From the IMG/VR virus record IMGVR_UViG_3300045988_060114: a stretch of 64,000 nucleotides of DNA; one strand, given 5' to 3'. The notes below the pieces were generated by a model. The model made no database searches, was not told the DNA's origin, and saw nothing but the letters and a program-made list of their open reading frames with translations. Both the position numbers and the translations under genes were made by a program. Shown one piece after another: positions 35,001-40,274 of the stretch. How positions within the stretch are numbered: the stretch's first letter is position 1; each line of letters starts with the position of its first letter. Source of the stretch: a virus.

Positions 35001-36353
35001 TTGGCGAGTGGTGTGCTGGTTCCTATCGTCAACGCTGCCCTGATGAGTCTGTTGGGCGGTGATGATGATAAGGATAAGTACTGGCAGTTCACCAAGTGGG
35101 ATAGACGAAACAACCTGATTATGTGGGTTCCGTTTACTCATGAGTATGTGAAGATTCCGCTTGCTCAGGAGTTCCGTGCCTTCTATGGAGTAGGCGATAT
35201 GATTGCATCCAAGATGATGGGTGGAGAGTTGGCTGAGGAAAGTTGGAGCCAGTATGCAGAAGACTTGCTCGGTCAGGTGGTGGATATGCTTCCGCTCGAC
35301 CCTACTGGCTATGATGGCAATATTGCGGTCAGTCTGATGCCGAATGCTATTCGCCCAGTTTTTGAGTTGGCTTTCAATGTTGACTTCACTGGCAAGCCAT
35401 TATTCAAGGAGACAGAGTATAACAAGTATGACCCGAACTTTACCAAGGCATACGTGGGCACTCCTGATTGGTTGGTACGTGCATCCAAGATGGTTAACTC
35501 AATCGGAAACGACTATCCTGATGTGCAGCAGAATAGCATTGATGCTTTCGGTGACCCAAGGTACAATCTGAATAACCCTGCCGTGGTTGACCATGTATTG
35601 TCTTCTTACCTCGGTGGTGCTTACACCATGGGCAGTCAGGTGCTCGGTTTGCTTACCAAGTCACTCAATGACCGGAAGGAAATCAAGGTGGCTGATATTC
35701 CATTGGTAAGCAAGTTTGTCAGCAACCCTGATGATAGACCAGTCAGCAAAAAGCAGGGAGATGAGTTCTGGGATAAGAAGGAATACTACGACCGTGCTTC
35801 CAACACAATTAGCAAGTTGAAGAAACAAGCTAAGATTGATGGAGATTATTCCCAGCTTGAACGTTTCTATGGCTCTGAGGAATACAAGACTTACAAGTTG
35901 TATGAGAAAGATGTAAAAGATTACAAGGAGGCAAGAAAAAAGGAACGTGCTGAGGAGAGCGGTGATGAGTACAGACCACACCAACTTAATGCTGAGGACA
36001 TCTATAATAATCATGCTACCCCTATGGATGAGTTTGAGGATATGAAACTGAAACAACTCTTTGAAAAGTTAAACTCATTTAAGACTAGATATGATGCTAT
36101 TGTAGATAATGCCCCAAATGAGAGCGATGGCTACTACAACACCAACAAGACAGCCATTGATGCCATTGACGAGATTTCCCTTGATAAGCAGGAGATTTCC
36201 GAATTGAAGAAAGGTTTCTTGGATGATGGTAAGGATGCCTACAACGCTGAGGACATGAAGCAGATTCGTGACCTGAGAAAGAAGATTCTTGCCGTGCTGG
36301 AGAAGGCTAACAAGGTGGTTGTGGCTAACCAGAAGGCGAAGACTGATAAGTAA
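20058..36353 (+). CDS. giant polyvalent multi-domain protein (5431 aa), probably virion-packaged and ejected
   Basis: Uninterrupted 16,296 nt ORF. It contains HEMTH and HEIQH zincin motifs, three YHG[ST]...NYVIF modules, a complete C5-MTase motif set and hydrophobic segments near both ends. Confidence 0.9.
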   Translation: MAERPLYTLYKNLKAQNYDVPDDYNKFESALTREGKGGADNRHAIYENLKAQNFDVPDTYERFYSALFEPRSKTSSRAKGGSVPLSAADRARFNARTAEILSSANNAVRQAKRNIQTKLGQAKKFDGGRVTQRLKNPLQNQNVQKNEFNYNATTGKTGTYTTSDGVEFDNEYDATQYQNKLDEQGQQYINAVNAGEIPSALDVRDQNGNYDLQENIGKNGTYLTEEGAQKQFDKKLADAYARKKEIEAAIAEDNRQHGNPLLSYGASIGSSNGRNAEQSDYRNKLATSLSLVTQQIGALEAVKQYPTSSWGEDALKALDNTAFTAKTWDFGLTDFATMGQMERIKTKMDNNIPLSGSDKMLLKSKLGADAAAALEDEKMGNIYRWTKIAGQSLPFMADFFLTGGYGGITKGISRGALKIAAKSGMGKVSAAILKNTGIVAGDVIGSYAMAGTEQALKTGADIMQRHLGNLYQDEKGDYKFGTFDENGNLLHEGGESMGTALYKGLTSAMVENYTEKLFGHNYGIKKGAVNFMEKHGMNASAEFFKNIGKSGWYTNSKKWMEKFGINGFAEEVMEEEIGIPLHALLDGDSKVSDLLDARQQLDIIGGMAISVGSMYAMGAGSRPVKGVYNRAQYYRFRHKLNVADSDAQNLIGDNWADIKDKIDNATNEQMGSVLAGILRQRDTMTKEQINAAVNYGVNLMKMRGYNIAKTSEMNAREITNEPTTPEEQHQTDIDNAYSEGHDADDADKHDIQIQQEDQMKTLAAALGISEQQLSVMSDEELESLTGKDDKLDQAIYDYQLSSARYQGVVDDAQDKVDLAAHQAEQRVDMYTDQSRGSVRNATIKASGGLEDYGVYIISGNIATHDDGTIDVSNSDDMILYYDPTTNSVEHADALMFAELGEELPADDVKAQAVADAKEVAIKEVAGIIDGTVDVGSQFLVTDADGTEHTYEVLADYGDGTAAISIDGNVVENPYSLADLQQMKDLEDKKRLETAKAQREQIEKERAEQQNQETEQTQPSFDFNQILNDNGNVVIVDVLDKDGNTKYPDSRLFLIRDTGAKAKVVELKSDGTIVPHAVSKKNVSIITSMSLDEYKQAMAESSMIEDNSGENRGEIEVETPTIEGETAAPAEETAAPESAETPATEQTPAAPSITLEDGTIVPMLEDGNPDFTKLTAAQTAELYDSQFGEDADSIVSGYVSDAKKALDKASNMTVKGKTFVEQKAAKDAKEKAIADAQAAYDSAIAIRDAYNERQLAKVEDTAEGRKELIEKARRKFARLKSAVKNDAEAVAQLYKETVGSLLHRLYDGTGIDVTDTIPLTAEEYVASNLGAHSLNYEGTETSKGVKQETGLSREDFAKTQLLAADGKGTTIDNLVHSLWENRPSNLDSLDTQNIRNALLSIITSGFKASEARNYIENLRIAQAENILEEQKKAADNAAFAEEKTGEENSDEENDEENEKINEQTNENINAPEVPEDATDDTPLGAQRDESDLPFSAKENGKQQTTAERAADVEKNKVDDMKVVDNIVGEKTRKAFERLAKMMGAAIQWQYSDKLGNGWIQETKDADGNVHRTIFITLDSSITEGAQFIFGHEMTHQIKNLNPAAYNELTQLVLDTYGSDAFDKAVGETMQRYSDAGFSGRARDYYAEEVVADAVGEMIRDLNLAHTLAMKMSHPLLAAIHEILQKIKLAFFGTEYSDVTKNIIRSIEQAYVKTANGEVTNSETGEDVSFSLRQKPEPKKKGIGYKVFVLKDGKLYPPMVANPNGAATPVGVWLDADAAPIAGESKTGRPQVKQGGKGTQGGSGKLAYRPGWHLGVVPYAIQFNRKDAEGNKTLFPKNFVFAEVEYAADVDYQEEARQEGINPSGKYQHSLAGLKHLPTDGFYMYRTNPNPETDPWVITGAMKVNRILTRAEQAELVKNAGREPQQIQEGDIVTDDVVNSINQEIADAPKFSLKVYHGSGADFTEFDFDHMGEGAGSQVFGWGGYVTSSEEIGKSYANLSRDYGSRNIYKGDIPLTKLEKAALSSFIENNKNHEGTFKEGVAGSIERQKALIAKHPNNPLSNSIKKRIEVLEGAMPKLDSISWDDFVPSGKNLYEVDIPEDNGSNYLEWEKKPSDEVATKIIEGLYGLDAKTLDDMASKDIVFRTLLYDYIKNADKEQMIPLLVKTHALTRETTYDNGNVEDDIRFVYNRLSRWMGSQKAASQFLSSLGFTGIKYPAGTIMGGVEGDEINYVIFKPEDMKITEHTKFSIKTYHGSQASFDKFDHSFMGSGEGAQAYGWGTYVSEVEGIAKAYAKANAKKNAPSRLMYQGKPMTYKTPSIIYQVALDMDKFNISAKEAISKMIDADEKKLASVGDTPFAKMKAKQVQDELKVLKDLNPSDFKINEDYDTVAQDLIDTKSGLDLLEDELKDAKSYVDLYQSRLDEAKEELSKAKESGTGLGVDMYESDVEYYSEQVKRYKQSIKTKESDIKDVKTKVDALQKKLDSMEKPRNLYSVDIPDDTGRNYIGWDEPLGAAKIMRLPKVFKADGWEYKKVGMYDTYKIDGNEHEVWLEPTLTTGKELYRDLTNALGSDKAASEFLSKAGFVGVKVIAQRNTGGNKEGKMNYVIFDENNAQITSHTKFSLKKDGLTPEIANTPVNIVDADEEHGFKNYAEAREWAKKNIVRTYNDEETGGKGEINISNTAVGKYLSEKAVKKSANKDVHMSVLKVLPSILRESVDAIQHVDRNKVGNERSEDFGVNPDVMIHRCYGAVNIGDKVYGVKITLKENVRTHEKTKLYSYEATKIELLDGQSGDVAMTSPRNSNNSITVAKIIKGFETTKKNGEKFSLKDEKTLAGVHNITEEKLRKALKLGGFANPSLAVIDTNKTAHDNFGEISFIAPSALLDKRTGNTGGTWITDAYTQRYPSVEREMSEKGYRKFEDWVDSLDYPSVAKAEIERQAKDALSDNNAPAWELMYLKEKGIDIKEYDSRIDYRWKEIISDHPTAEDILNSMKTDPELNKKVTSLAKHAIIHPTWEKVSLEVRRKMYKETGVKASPINPQVRKQTKEIFERDYAPTLLNKDGSPRKKDVKKVVGDIVKEHNDTKKYNFYLSKVKASNYVNKNGLYDDYIRWQENKLDEFGTKNRIFRGYTKDGSRKYVPETLENVSKAMREEADGQTNGSEYTSFGSFIAKLASRVDSTDEMRANKDKLSSNKDKEEFYEKWNGVYYDLAKFLYNDVFYGEQRLHDIVLQSDPKKYAKKEYGITLTPTFMKKLDALKNAVQTELKSAYFETKYNRPLRLNEFAAAVVPDNLGEDVRKGIENAGLPMYDYDPNKEGDRSRAFNEAINSSDNIRFSLAGERGAAAADKAEERTARMDNLSVARKMEEEKKDAKAIKMATGWERGADGKWRYEMPDAKIKDTMDVGGGHIVKRYEDDMLWNGGKLSNVIDAPELFKAYPQLKDVRIDTDAIMNDMPSNGEYNSKTNTITIHADELKYMNGILNHEIQHVIQDIEGFAKGGSPRLVRGEVKKRFDEVTKQIKQLRAEGKEDEAKTLIEKNRGLYNAYQKNDDFNSYKSLAGEVEARNVSARLNMTPEERRKTLAESTEDVARKDQIFLGVGDVSFSLRDMADGKESGAADMAEDLKSLNTPDEVDDAIKTAIDDMPSGWQMANKKMIHIAQALGENRKAEISGEEPKFSLKAGTLIKAGTYFSGGGLVEEGLKGIIDPVVAVEYDEKISGVYRNNFGQHIVTADVRDVDPKELVKQIDGEVEYFHASPVCKNYSQAKSNHAEVELDKETAASTAEFINAVKPKVVTIENVKGYKDSEAMKTITDALDANGYTWDADVYNAADYGGYTNRERLIVRAVRDGKLPAKPKKMARKSGWYEAVADIIPTLTEKKNGVAPWMDIRLKADGIDWRNIDKPLYVMGSAYADGKIPHAFADELLPTLRTKSGDVIVMPDGKVYRAMGRVLARVSGVSDDYKMPFSENLSHTIIGNGIPTQLTEHVIAPLLTGSDPKFSIRTYHGTGASFDKFDFSHMGEGEGSQAFGWGGYVTNSKEIAEDYTRRAKMRKNNGGFEFVTDLSDSNKDMVRHYIYKYKDVDKGLDAMRKDLSSALEMFPDDDNLKELSDILAKKNEEIAVPDDIAYLYDVDIPDDNGDYLDWENKLKKSHLNKVNKELVRIGKEPIEAIYPSRVDGKVRGQDLYDELSSMLGSKEAASKLLSDAGFVGIKYPAGTIFGGAKKDDYNYVIFDENNANIVGNTRFSLRYDQFEHDLNQWKKDNNLPKDAQRPTIPQRNAGESAVDFLKRVDEYRKQMALWKTAPTYEQHLLSDDTALGEFNRELQRGSVLKRIAFQDSMLAIRKAQEAIMKEVGVDRLNMAEDAYTAENRSHGKGKNEFEEYNNEFLQPLRKAYHQMKKILGDSYDNVRIYMMAKHGLERDAQMAFKKSLDADFEDVAQRSAAYRAYKGDMNRITNDSDLEFGRVDFNTWRQRDNALRTKYSPSYMDYRYDENGIAYDYSGLSALFGGSDFEEAAHKLVRDIESSHVAEVQDLWNATNAATKKILRDGYKAGMMSKDTYLYVRDMYSHYIPLRGWDGTTADQVWDYVGGGKGAFNQTLKTAHGRTSIADDPIAYIENMAESGILLNNKNWVKQHLMLLAQNHPTSLLTLSKAWYVKSTDANGNEEWIPATPQITSQMNSNQVKATIDAFEQKMENMAQTGDATQQREGLNIAYPQTHSEEREHEVRVMKDGEEYVIYVNGDPQLAQAMNNTRAHRVREIQSGKLDRAAAWLGRKMAAAYTSLSPLFIPSNYFRDLTMTLASTAIREDGRYNYLLRKNLATSWNLGFMLRDYQNGKLRDKVNNGNATPKEQMFYDFMMNGGETGFVSSLDVEDLKKKFKNDLKDLDRWKANPVKVGHTIMDSIEFLNRMIEDSNRFAVYMTSIQYGRSIDEAVNDAKDVTLNFNRKGTGEYGWQMIRNLYLFINPAVQSLQTLGALAKHHPFKFTAVTASWLASGVLVPIVNAALMSLLGGDDDKDKYWQFTKWDRRNNLIMWVPFTHEYVKIPLAQEFRAFYGVGDMIASKMMGGELAEESWSQYAEDLLGQVVDMLPLDPTGYDGNIAVSLMPNAIRPVFELAFNVDFTGKPLFKETEYNKYDPNFTKAYVGTPDWLVRASKMVNSIGNDYPDVQQNSIDAFGDPRYNLNNPAVVDHVLSSYLGGAYTMGSQVLGLLTKSLNDRKEIKVADIPLVSKFVSNPDDRPVSKKQGDEFWDKKEYYDRASNTISKLKKQAKIDGDYSQLERFYGSEEYKTYKLYEKDVKDYKEARKKERAEESGDEYRPHQLNAEDIYNNHATPMDEFEDMKLKQLFEKLNSFKTRYDAIVDNAPNESDGYYNTNKTAIDAIDEISLDKQEISELKKGFLDDGKDAYNAEDMKQIRDLRKKILAVLEKANKVVVANQKAKTDK
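24534..25238 (+). other. giant protein module with zincin motif HEMTH
   Basis: FIFGHEMTHQIKN, with His-Glu-x-x-His at 24825-24839. The module is bounded by FSAK (24534) and FSLR (25239). Confidence 0.55.
25902..26789 (+). other. giant protein paralogous module A1
   Basis: Starts KFSLKVYHGSGADFTEFDFDHMGEGAGSQVFGWGGYVT and ends FLSSLGFTGIKYPAGTIMGG...NYVIFKPEDMKI. Confidence 0.8.
26790..27908 (+). other. giant protein paralogous module A2 (with coiled-coil insert)
   Basis: Starts KFSIKTYHGSQASFDKFDHSFMGSGEGAQAYGWGTYVS and ends FLSKAGFVGVKV...NYVIFDENNAQI. Confidence 0.8.
30042..30845 (+). other. giant protein module with zincin motif HEIQH (polyvalent-protein metallopeptidase-like)
   Basis: ILNHEIQHVIQDIEGFAKGG...SLAGEVEARNVSAR, with HEIQH at 30486-30500. 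Confidence 0.6.
31077..32027 (+). other. giant protein embedded DNA C5-methyltransferase domain
   Basis: FSGGG (31107), SPVCKN (Cys codon 31311-31313), ENVKGY (31425), TNRERLIV and GNGIPTQL, in canonical order. Confidence 0.75.
32028..32762 (+). other. giant protein paralogous module A3
   Basis: Starts KFSIRTYHGTGASFDKFDFSHMGEGEGSQAFGWGGYVT and ends LLSDAGFVGIKYPAGTIFGG...NYVIFDENNANI. Confidence 0.8.
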
Positions 36354-36366
36354 TATATATATGACT

Positions 36367-36405
36367 ATCCCCTGAAAGTGTTAGGCTTTCGGGGGATATT
36401 TACTT
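36367..36405 (+). terminator. rho-independent terminator after the giant gene
   Basis: ATCCCCTGAAAG (36367-36378) pairs with CTTTCGGGGGAT (36386-36397), including one G-U pair, and is followed by a T-rich tail. Confidence 0.6.
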
Positions 36406-36518
36406 TCAATCTGAAACTTTTTACCTCTATTTCTTGTGTAAAACTGTTAATCTGTAAGTATTTATAAAGTTTAACTATTAAAAATATCCTAAATTATTAT
36501 GTTTCCATTATTTCTTTT

Positions 36519-36526
36519 TATATTTG
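36519..36526 (+). promoter_or_regulatory. TAnnTTTG -7 box (TATATTTG)
   Basis: Matches the Bacteroidota -7 consensus, 83 nt upstream of the 36609 ATG. Confidence 0.4.
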
Positions 36527-36608
36527 CAGCATCTAAGAATATCTGAATCTCAGGTGATTACATCAGCAAAAGATTATCCAATCATTATAAACTTAAAAAT
36601 GAAGGCTT

Positions 36609-37088
36609 ATGAAAAAAGATAAAGACGAAGACCTACGAGTCAAGAAATTAATTGGAGAGATTACGAAACTTCTCCCAGAACGTAGCAAGATTAAGACGGA
36701 TTTGCTCTATTTTAAGTATGCGCCTATACTCGTCATGCTTATGCGATGGTATGGTGTATCTCAGTTCTATGACAACAAGATGGAGATAACGCTATGGTAT
36801 GAAGAGAACGAGGAACCTGTCTGGTTCTTCTACTTCATCACTTACATTCTATACCCGATTTCCCTTTGGAAAGGTCAGGTATTGCACAGATTGTGTGTAG
36901 AGTGGCGCATCCCGATACTCTATATTGCAGGAGTAAATGTGATACATATCATGTACGACTCTGTTGTTATCACAAATCAGATGTACTATTGTGATATGTT
37001 CCTGATTACACTCATTTTAATTATATATGCTTATGTCGCAATTAGTAAATTACAGCATCATCGAAGCTGGACTTCGTGCTCTCGCTGA
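36609..37088 (+). CDS. polytopic membrane protein
   Basis: 159 aa with several hydrophobic segments. Confidence 0.5.
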   Translation: MKKDKDEDLRVKKLIGEITKLLPERSKIKTDLLYFKYAPILVMLMRWYGVSQFYDNKMEITLWYEENEEPVWFFYFITYILYPISLWKGQVLHRLCVEWRIPILYIAGVNVIHIMYDSVVITNQMYYCDMFLITLILIIYAYVAISKLQHHRSWTSCSR

Positions 37089-37404
37089 TAAGGCTCACGA
37101 ATCAGCAGTAGCCCAAGCGGAAGGCAAGCCTATCCCTTGCGGTTTATCAGAGAATGATATGGAACTGGTGGCACTCCTTACTGCCATGATGAATGACACC
37201 CAAGCCAACAAGGGCTGGTGTGCCAACGAAATGGGGAAGTCTATATCTTCCTTTGAAAAGTATGTTCATGATGGTAAGATACCAGAAGGCATCCATGACC
37301 AGTTTGGGCATGAAAAGAAGTGGAATAAGTCGCTCATCCGATACTTTGCCAACAAGAAGGCTTTCTTCCGCAAGCTATCACGAAAATATGGCTTGAACCT
37401 CTAG
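37027..37404 (+). CDS. hypothetical protein
   Basis: 125 aa ATG ORF that overlaps the previous gene by 62 nt. Confidence 0.45.
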   Translation: MLMSQLVNYSIIEAGLRALADKAHESAVAQAEGKPIPCGLSENDMELVALLTAMMNDTQANKGWCANEMGKSISSFEKYVHDGKIPEGIHDQFGHEKKWNKSLIRYFANKKAFFRKLSRKYGLNL

Positions 37405-37516
37405 CAGTCGCTACACATTATATATATAGGAGAGACCCAATCGCCCCCTCCTGTATATTTACGACCTTTTCCGTAACCATAAAACTTTGCTAGTCACACA
37501 CTTATACAATCTTTTA

Positions 37517-37555
37517 CGAGTTTATCAATCTCTATTCATATTATTCGTATCTTTG
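37517..37555 (+). promoter_or_regulatory. promoter (CGAGTTTAT-N22-TATCTTTG)
   Basis: Box at 37548-37555. The upstream 9-mer and its spacing are shared with the site at 57872. Confidence 0.5.
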
Positions 37556-37620
37556 TGCTCGTAACGTTACAAAGTGAGAATCATAATTTAGTGTTTAACA
37601 AAAAAAGATTTCAGGATAAT

Positions 37621-38568
37621 ATGGAAAGTAAAACGTATGTATTCGGAAACGAAGGCTCAACATCTAGCAATGGGATGCTCGGTCTTCTTGCGCCTCTGCT
37701 CCAGAAGCAGGGTGTTGACCCAAATGTCCTCCTTGCCATGAAGGGTAACAATGGTTTCGGTGGCGAAGGTGGATGGTTCATGTGGGTAATCTTCCTTTTC
37801 TTCCTCATGGGTTGGGGAGGTAACGGCTGGGGAGGTTTCGGCAATAATGGTCGTGGAGGTCTCGCAAACGAGATTAACAATGACTATGGTCGTGGTCTCC
37901 TGATGGATGCCATCGGTGGAAATCGCAATGCGCTCAGTAACCTTGCCACCCAGTTGAACTGCACCGAAGGTCAGATTCAGAGTGCCATTTCTGCTTTGAC
38001 CTCTCAGGTACAGAGTGTAGGTAATCAGGTTGGTATGAGCGGTATGCAGACCATCAATGCCTTGCAGCAGGGTAATATGCAGATTGCTCAGCAGATTGCC
38101 AACTGCTGCTGCGAGAACCGCTTGGCTATCTGCCAGCAGACTGGAACCTTGCAGAATGCCATCAACAATGTAGCTACTGGTCAGGAGCGTGGTTTCGCCA
38201 ACGTAGCTTACGAGACTCAGAGACAGACTTGTGACTTGCACAACGCTATCAAGGAGAGTACTCAGACCATCGTTGACGGTCAGAAGCAAGCTGAAATGAG
38301 AGAGTTACAGAACAAGATTGATGCTCTTCGTGAAGAGAATAGCACCTTCAAGTCTTCTGCAATGACCTCTCAGATTGTTGGTCAGGCTGTGGCTCCTATC
38401 AATCAGGTATTGGCTGGTTTGCAGAACGAGGTGGCTGGCATCAAGTGCAAGTTGCCTGAGACCGTGACTACTCCTTACAGCCCATTTACTGCGGTTCCCA
38501 ACTGCGTGGCTTATCAGGCTGGTTTGTATGGACTGAATGCTGCAAACAATGCAGGATTCTGGGGTTAA
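37621..38568 (+). CDS. Gly/Trp-rich membrane-associated coiled-coil protein with CCC motif
   Basis: ATG at 37621 (the track start at 37555 lies inside the promoter box). Carries GGWFMWVIFLFFLMGWGGNGWGGFG, IANCCCENRLAICQQ and Q/N-rich helices. Confidence 0.55.
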   Translation: MESKTYVFGNEGSTSSNGMLGLLAPLLQKQGVDPNVLLAMKGNNGFGGEGGWFMWVIFLFFLMGWGGNGWGGFGNNGRGGLANEINNDYGRGLLMDAIGGNRNALSNLATQLNCTEGQIQSAISALTSQVQSVGNQVGMSGMQTINALQQGNMQIAQQIANCCCENRLAICQQTGTLQNAINNVATGQERGFANVAYETQRQTCDLHNAIKESTQTIVDGQKQAEMRELQNKIDALREENSTFKSSAMTSQIVGQAVAPINQVLAGLQNEVAGIKCKLPETVTTPYSPFTAVPNCVAYQAGLYGLNAANNAGFWG

Positions 38569-38586
38569 TAAGGAAAGGAGGCTGCT

Positions 38587-38931
38587 ATGTTTTGGTTAAG
38601 ACCATTTACAAGGGTGAATCGTAATGGTTCGGCAGCTATCGCTTCTACGGGCGTGGTGGTGAATACCGCCAATGTGGTGTTCACCTTTAAAAACCACGCC
38701 TTCCTGAATGCCAGCTACAGAGGAACGATTTTCGTGAACCTGATGCAGGCTATTCCGACTGGAACGACTGGTACGCTGCCTATCCTTTTCGAGACCAACG
38801 GAGCGACACAGGCTGTGACCAAGTATAATGGCGCACCATTGACGGTTGCAGACGTGCAGGGAACTGGTGTTTATCAGTTTTGGTACGAGAGAGATACTAA
38901 CACCCTACAGATGATGTCGGGTATTGTTTAA
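38587..38931 (+). CDS. hypothetical beta-rich small protein
   Basis: 114 aa, preceded by AAGGAAAGGAGG. Confidence 0.5.
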   Translation: MFWLRPFTRVNRNGSAAIASTGVVVNTANVVFTFKNHAFLNASYRGTIFVNLMQAIPTGTTGTLPILFETNGATQAVTKYNGAPLTVADVQGTGVYQFWYERDTNTLQMMSGIV

Positions 38932-38958
38932 CAAGAATAGATAATAGGAGATTATATT

Positions 38959-39459
38959 ATGTTTCAAGGTTTAAGAACTAATTCTTTATTCTATGTGCTC
39001 GATAAGGGTGAAAACCCGAACTTGCGAATCGGTCAGGTGGTTTCAGTAAGCAATCCTCAGACGAAATACCCTACCTTTAATAACGGCTTTACTCCTCAGC
39101 CTATGGAGACCGTAGTGGACGTGAAGGTGAAGCTGGGTGACGAGGAAGTGGATTTCAAGCAACTGCCAGCAAACGGACAGATAGCTAACGACAAGAACCT
39201 TGTTGTTAGCGACAACAAGGATGCCATGAGTGCAGAGGTGGATGCCATGCTGAGACAATCCAAGGCGATACTGGAGAGCGTAGATTACAACAAGAGGGTA
39301 GTAGAATCTTGTGAGGGAATGCTACAGCAACTCAACCCCCAGATAGCCAAGGAGAAGGAACAGACCGAGAAAATCAATAAACTGGAAGGTAAGGTTTCAG
39401 GTATTGAGGGAAAGATTGACAAGATGATGGGATGGCTCCAGCAGACCATGAGCAAGTAA
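38959..39459 (+). CDS. hypothetical protein with C-terminal coiled coil
   Basis: 166 aa, preceded by TAGGAG. Confidence 0.5.
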   Translation: MFQGLRTNSLFYVLDKGENPNLRIGQVVSVSNPQTKYPTFNNGFTPQPMETVVDVKVKLGDEEVDFKQLPANGQIANDKNLVVSDNKDAMSAEVDAMLRQSKAILESVDYNKRVVESCEGMLQQLNPQIAKEKEQTEKINKLEGKVSGIEGKIDKMMGWLQQTMSK

Positions 39460-39490
39460 TCTCCTATCTATCTATTCATTTTAATATCTT

Positions 39491-39778
39491 ATGATTATGG
39501 TAATGATTGAGATTACAGAAGATAAGTTCGATGATTTGTATGACAACATCGAATCCATGCTTGGTTTTGGCAGCAAGGCTATGTCTTGTCTGAAAAAGAT
39601 GAAGCAGGAGCGTATGGGTGAGCGTATGCCTGATTATCGTGACGATTGGAGAAGAGAGCGTGAGGAACGTGAAGAGCGTGAGAACAGACGTAGATTCAAC
39701 AACGTGAACGATGATTGGAACTACCCGAACCGCTATGGTGAAAGAGGTGGTGGCGGCTACAATGGTGGCGGTCGCTAG
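39491..39778 (+). CDS. Arg/Glu-rich small protein
   Basis: 95 aa, containing RREREEREERENRRR and ending in a GGGGYNGGGR tail. Confidence 0.4.
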   Translation: MIMVMIEITEDKFDDLYDNIESMLGFGSKAMSCLKKMKQERMGERMPDYRDDWRREREEREERENRRRFNNVNDDWNYPNRYGERGGGGYNGGGR

Positions 39779-39845
39779 TGTTTAACTTGGGAGTTTGGGT
39801 AGTGACATTTATGTCGGAACCAGACTCCCTTTAATATTCAGCAAT

Positions 39846-40274
39846 ATGGGAAAATGCAGAATGCCATTGGATATGTATGACCTCAAACCTGAGGGAATGG
39901 TTTCTTATCTCAGATACAATGGCTATCATTTCAGCAAGAAGATGTGCGAGTGGGCGGTGAGCCTGATGTACAAGTATGACCCTTCCTCCAAGCGTGATGT
40001 AAGTGTTTCGTTTTGGGATAAGGAGAAGGTGGATGCCTTGCTGCTTGGTCAGGGAATTGAGGTAAAGAATAAGATAGGCTACGACCATGTATATGTGGCG
40101 AATATGGCGAGGGCAGACTTCTACAAGTCTTCCATCAAGGATGAGGAGCAGCTAGCCCAGTTTATCAAGGATATGGTGGATGATGCCGACCAGAAGGATG
40201 GCTTTATCTTCAACCGATTCTATGCCGACTGCTGCCATAATGGTGTGCCTATTCCTTGGGAAGATGTGTTATGA
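39846..40274 (+). CDS. hypothetical protein
   Basis: First ATG of the 39795 ORF (the track start is TTG). Confidence 0.45.
   Translation: MGKCRMPLDMYDLKPEGMVSYLRYNGYHFSKKMCEWAVSLMYKYDPSSKRDVSVSFWDKEKVDALLLGQGIEVKNKIGYDHVYVANMARADFYKSSIKDEEQLAQFIKDMVDDADQKDGFIFNRFYADCCHNGVPIPWEDVL

Noticed and set aside
20922-36056. Dozens of 60-250 aa ORFs on the minus strand, or in other frames, inside the giant gene. Examples are 20922-21455, 23358-23930, 28524-29285 and 33555-34292.
   Set aside because: They lie entirely within and antisense or out of frame to a 16.3 kb ORF with clear domain content. Their products are low-complexity Ser/Leu-rich artefacts of the sense-strand codon bias.
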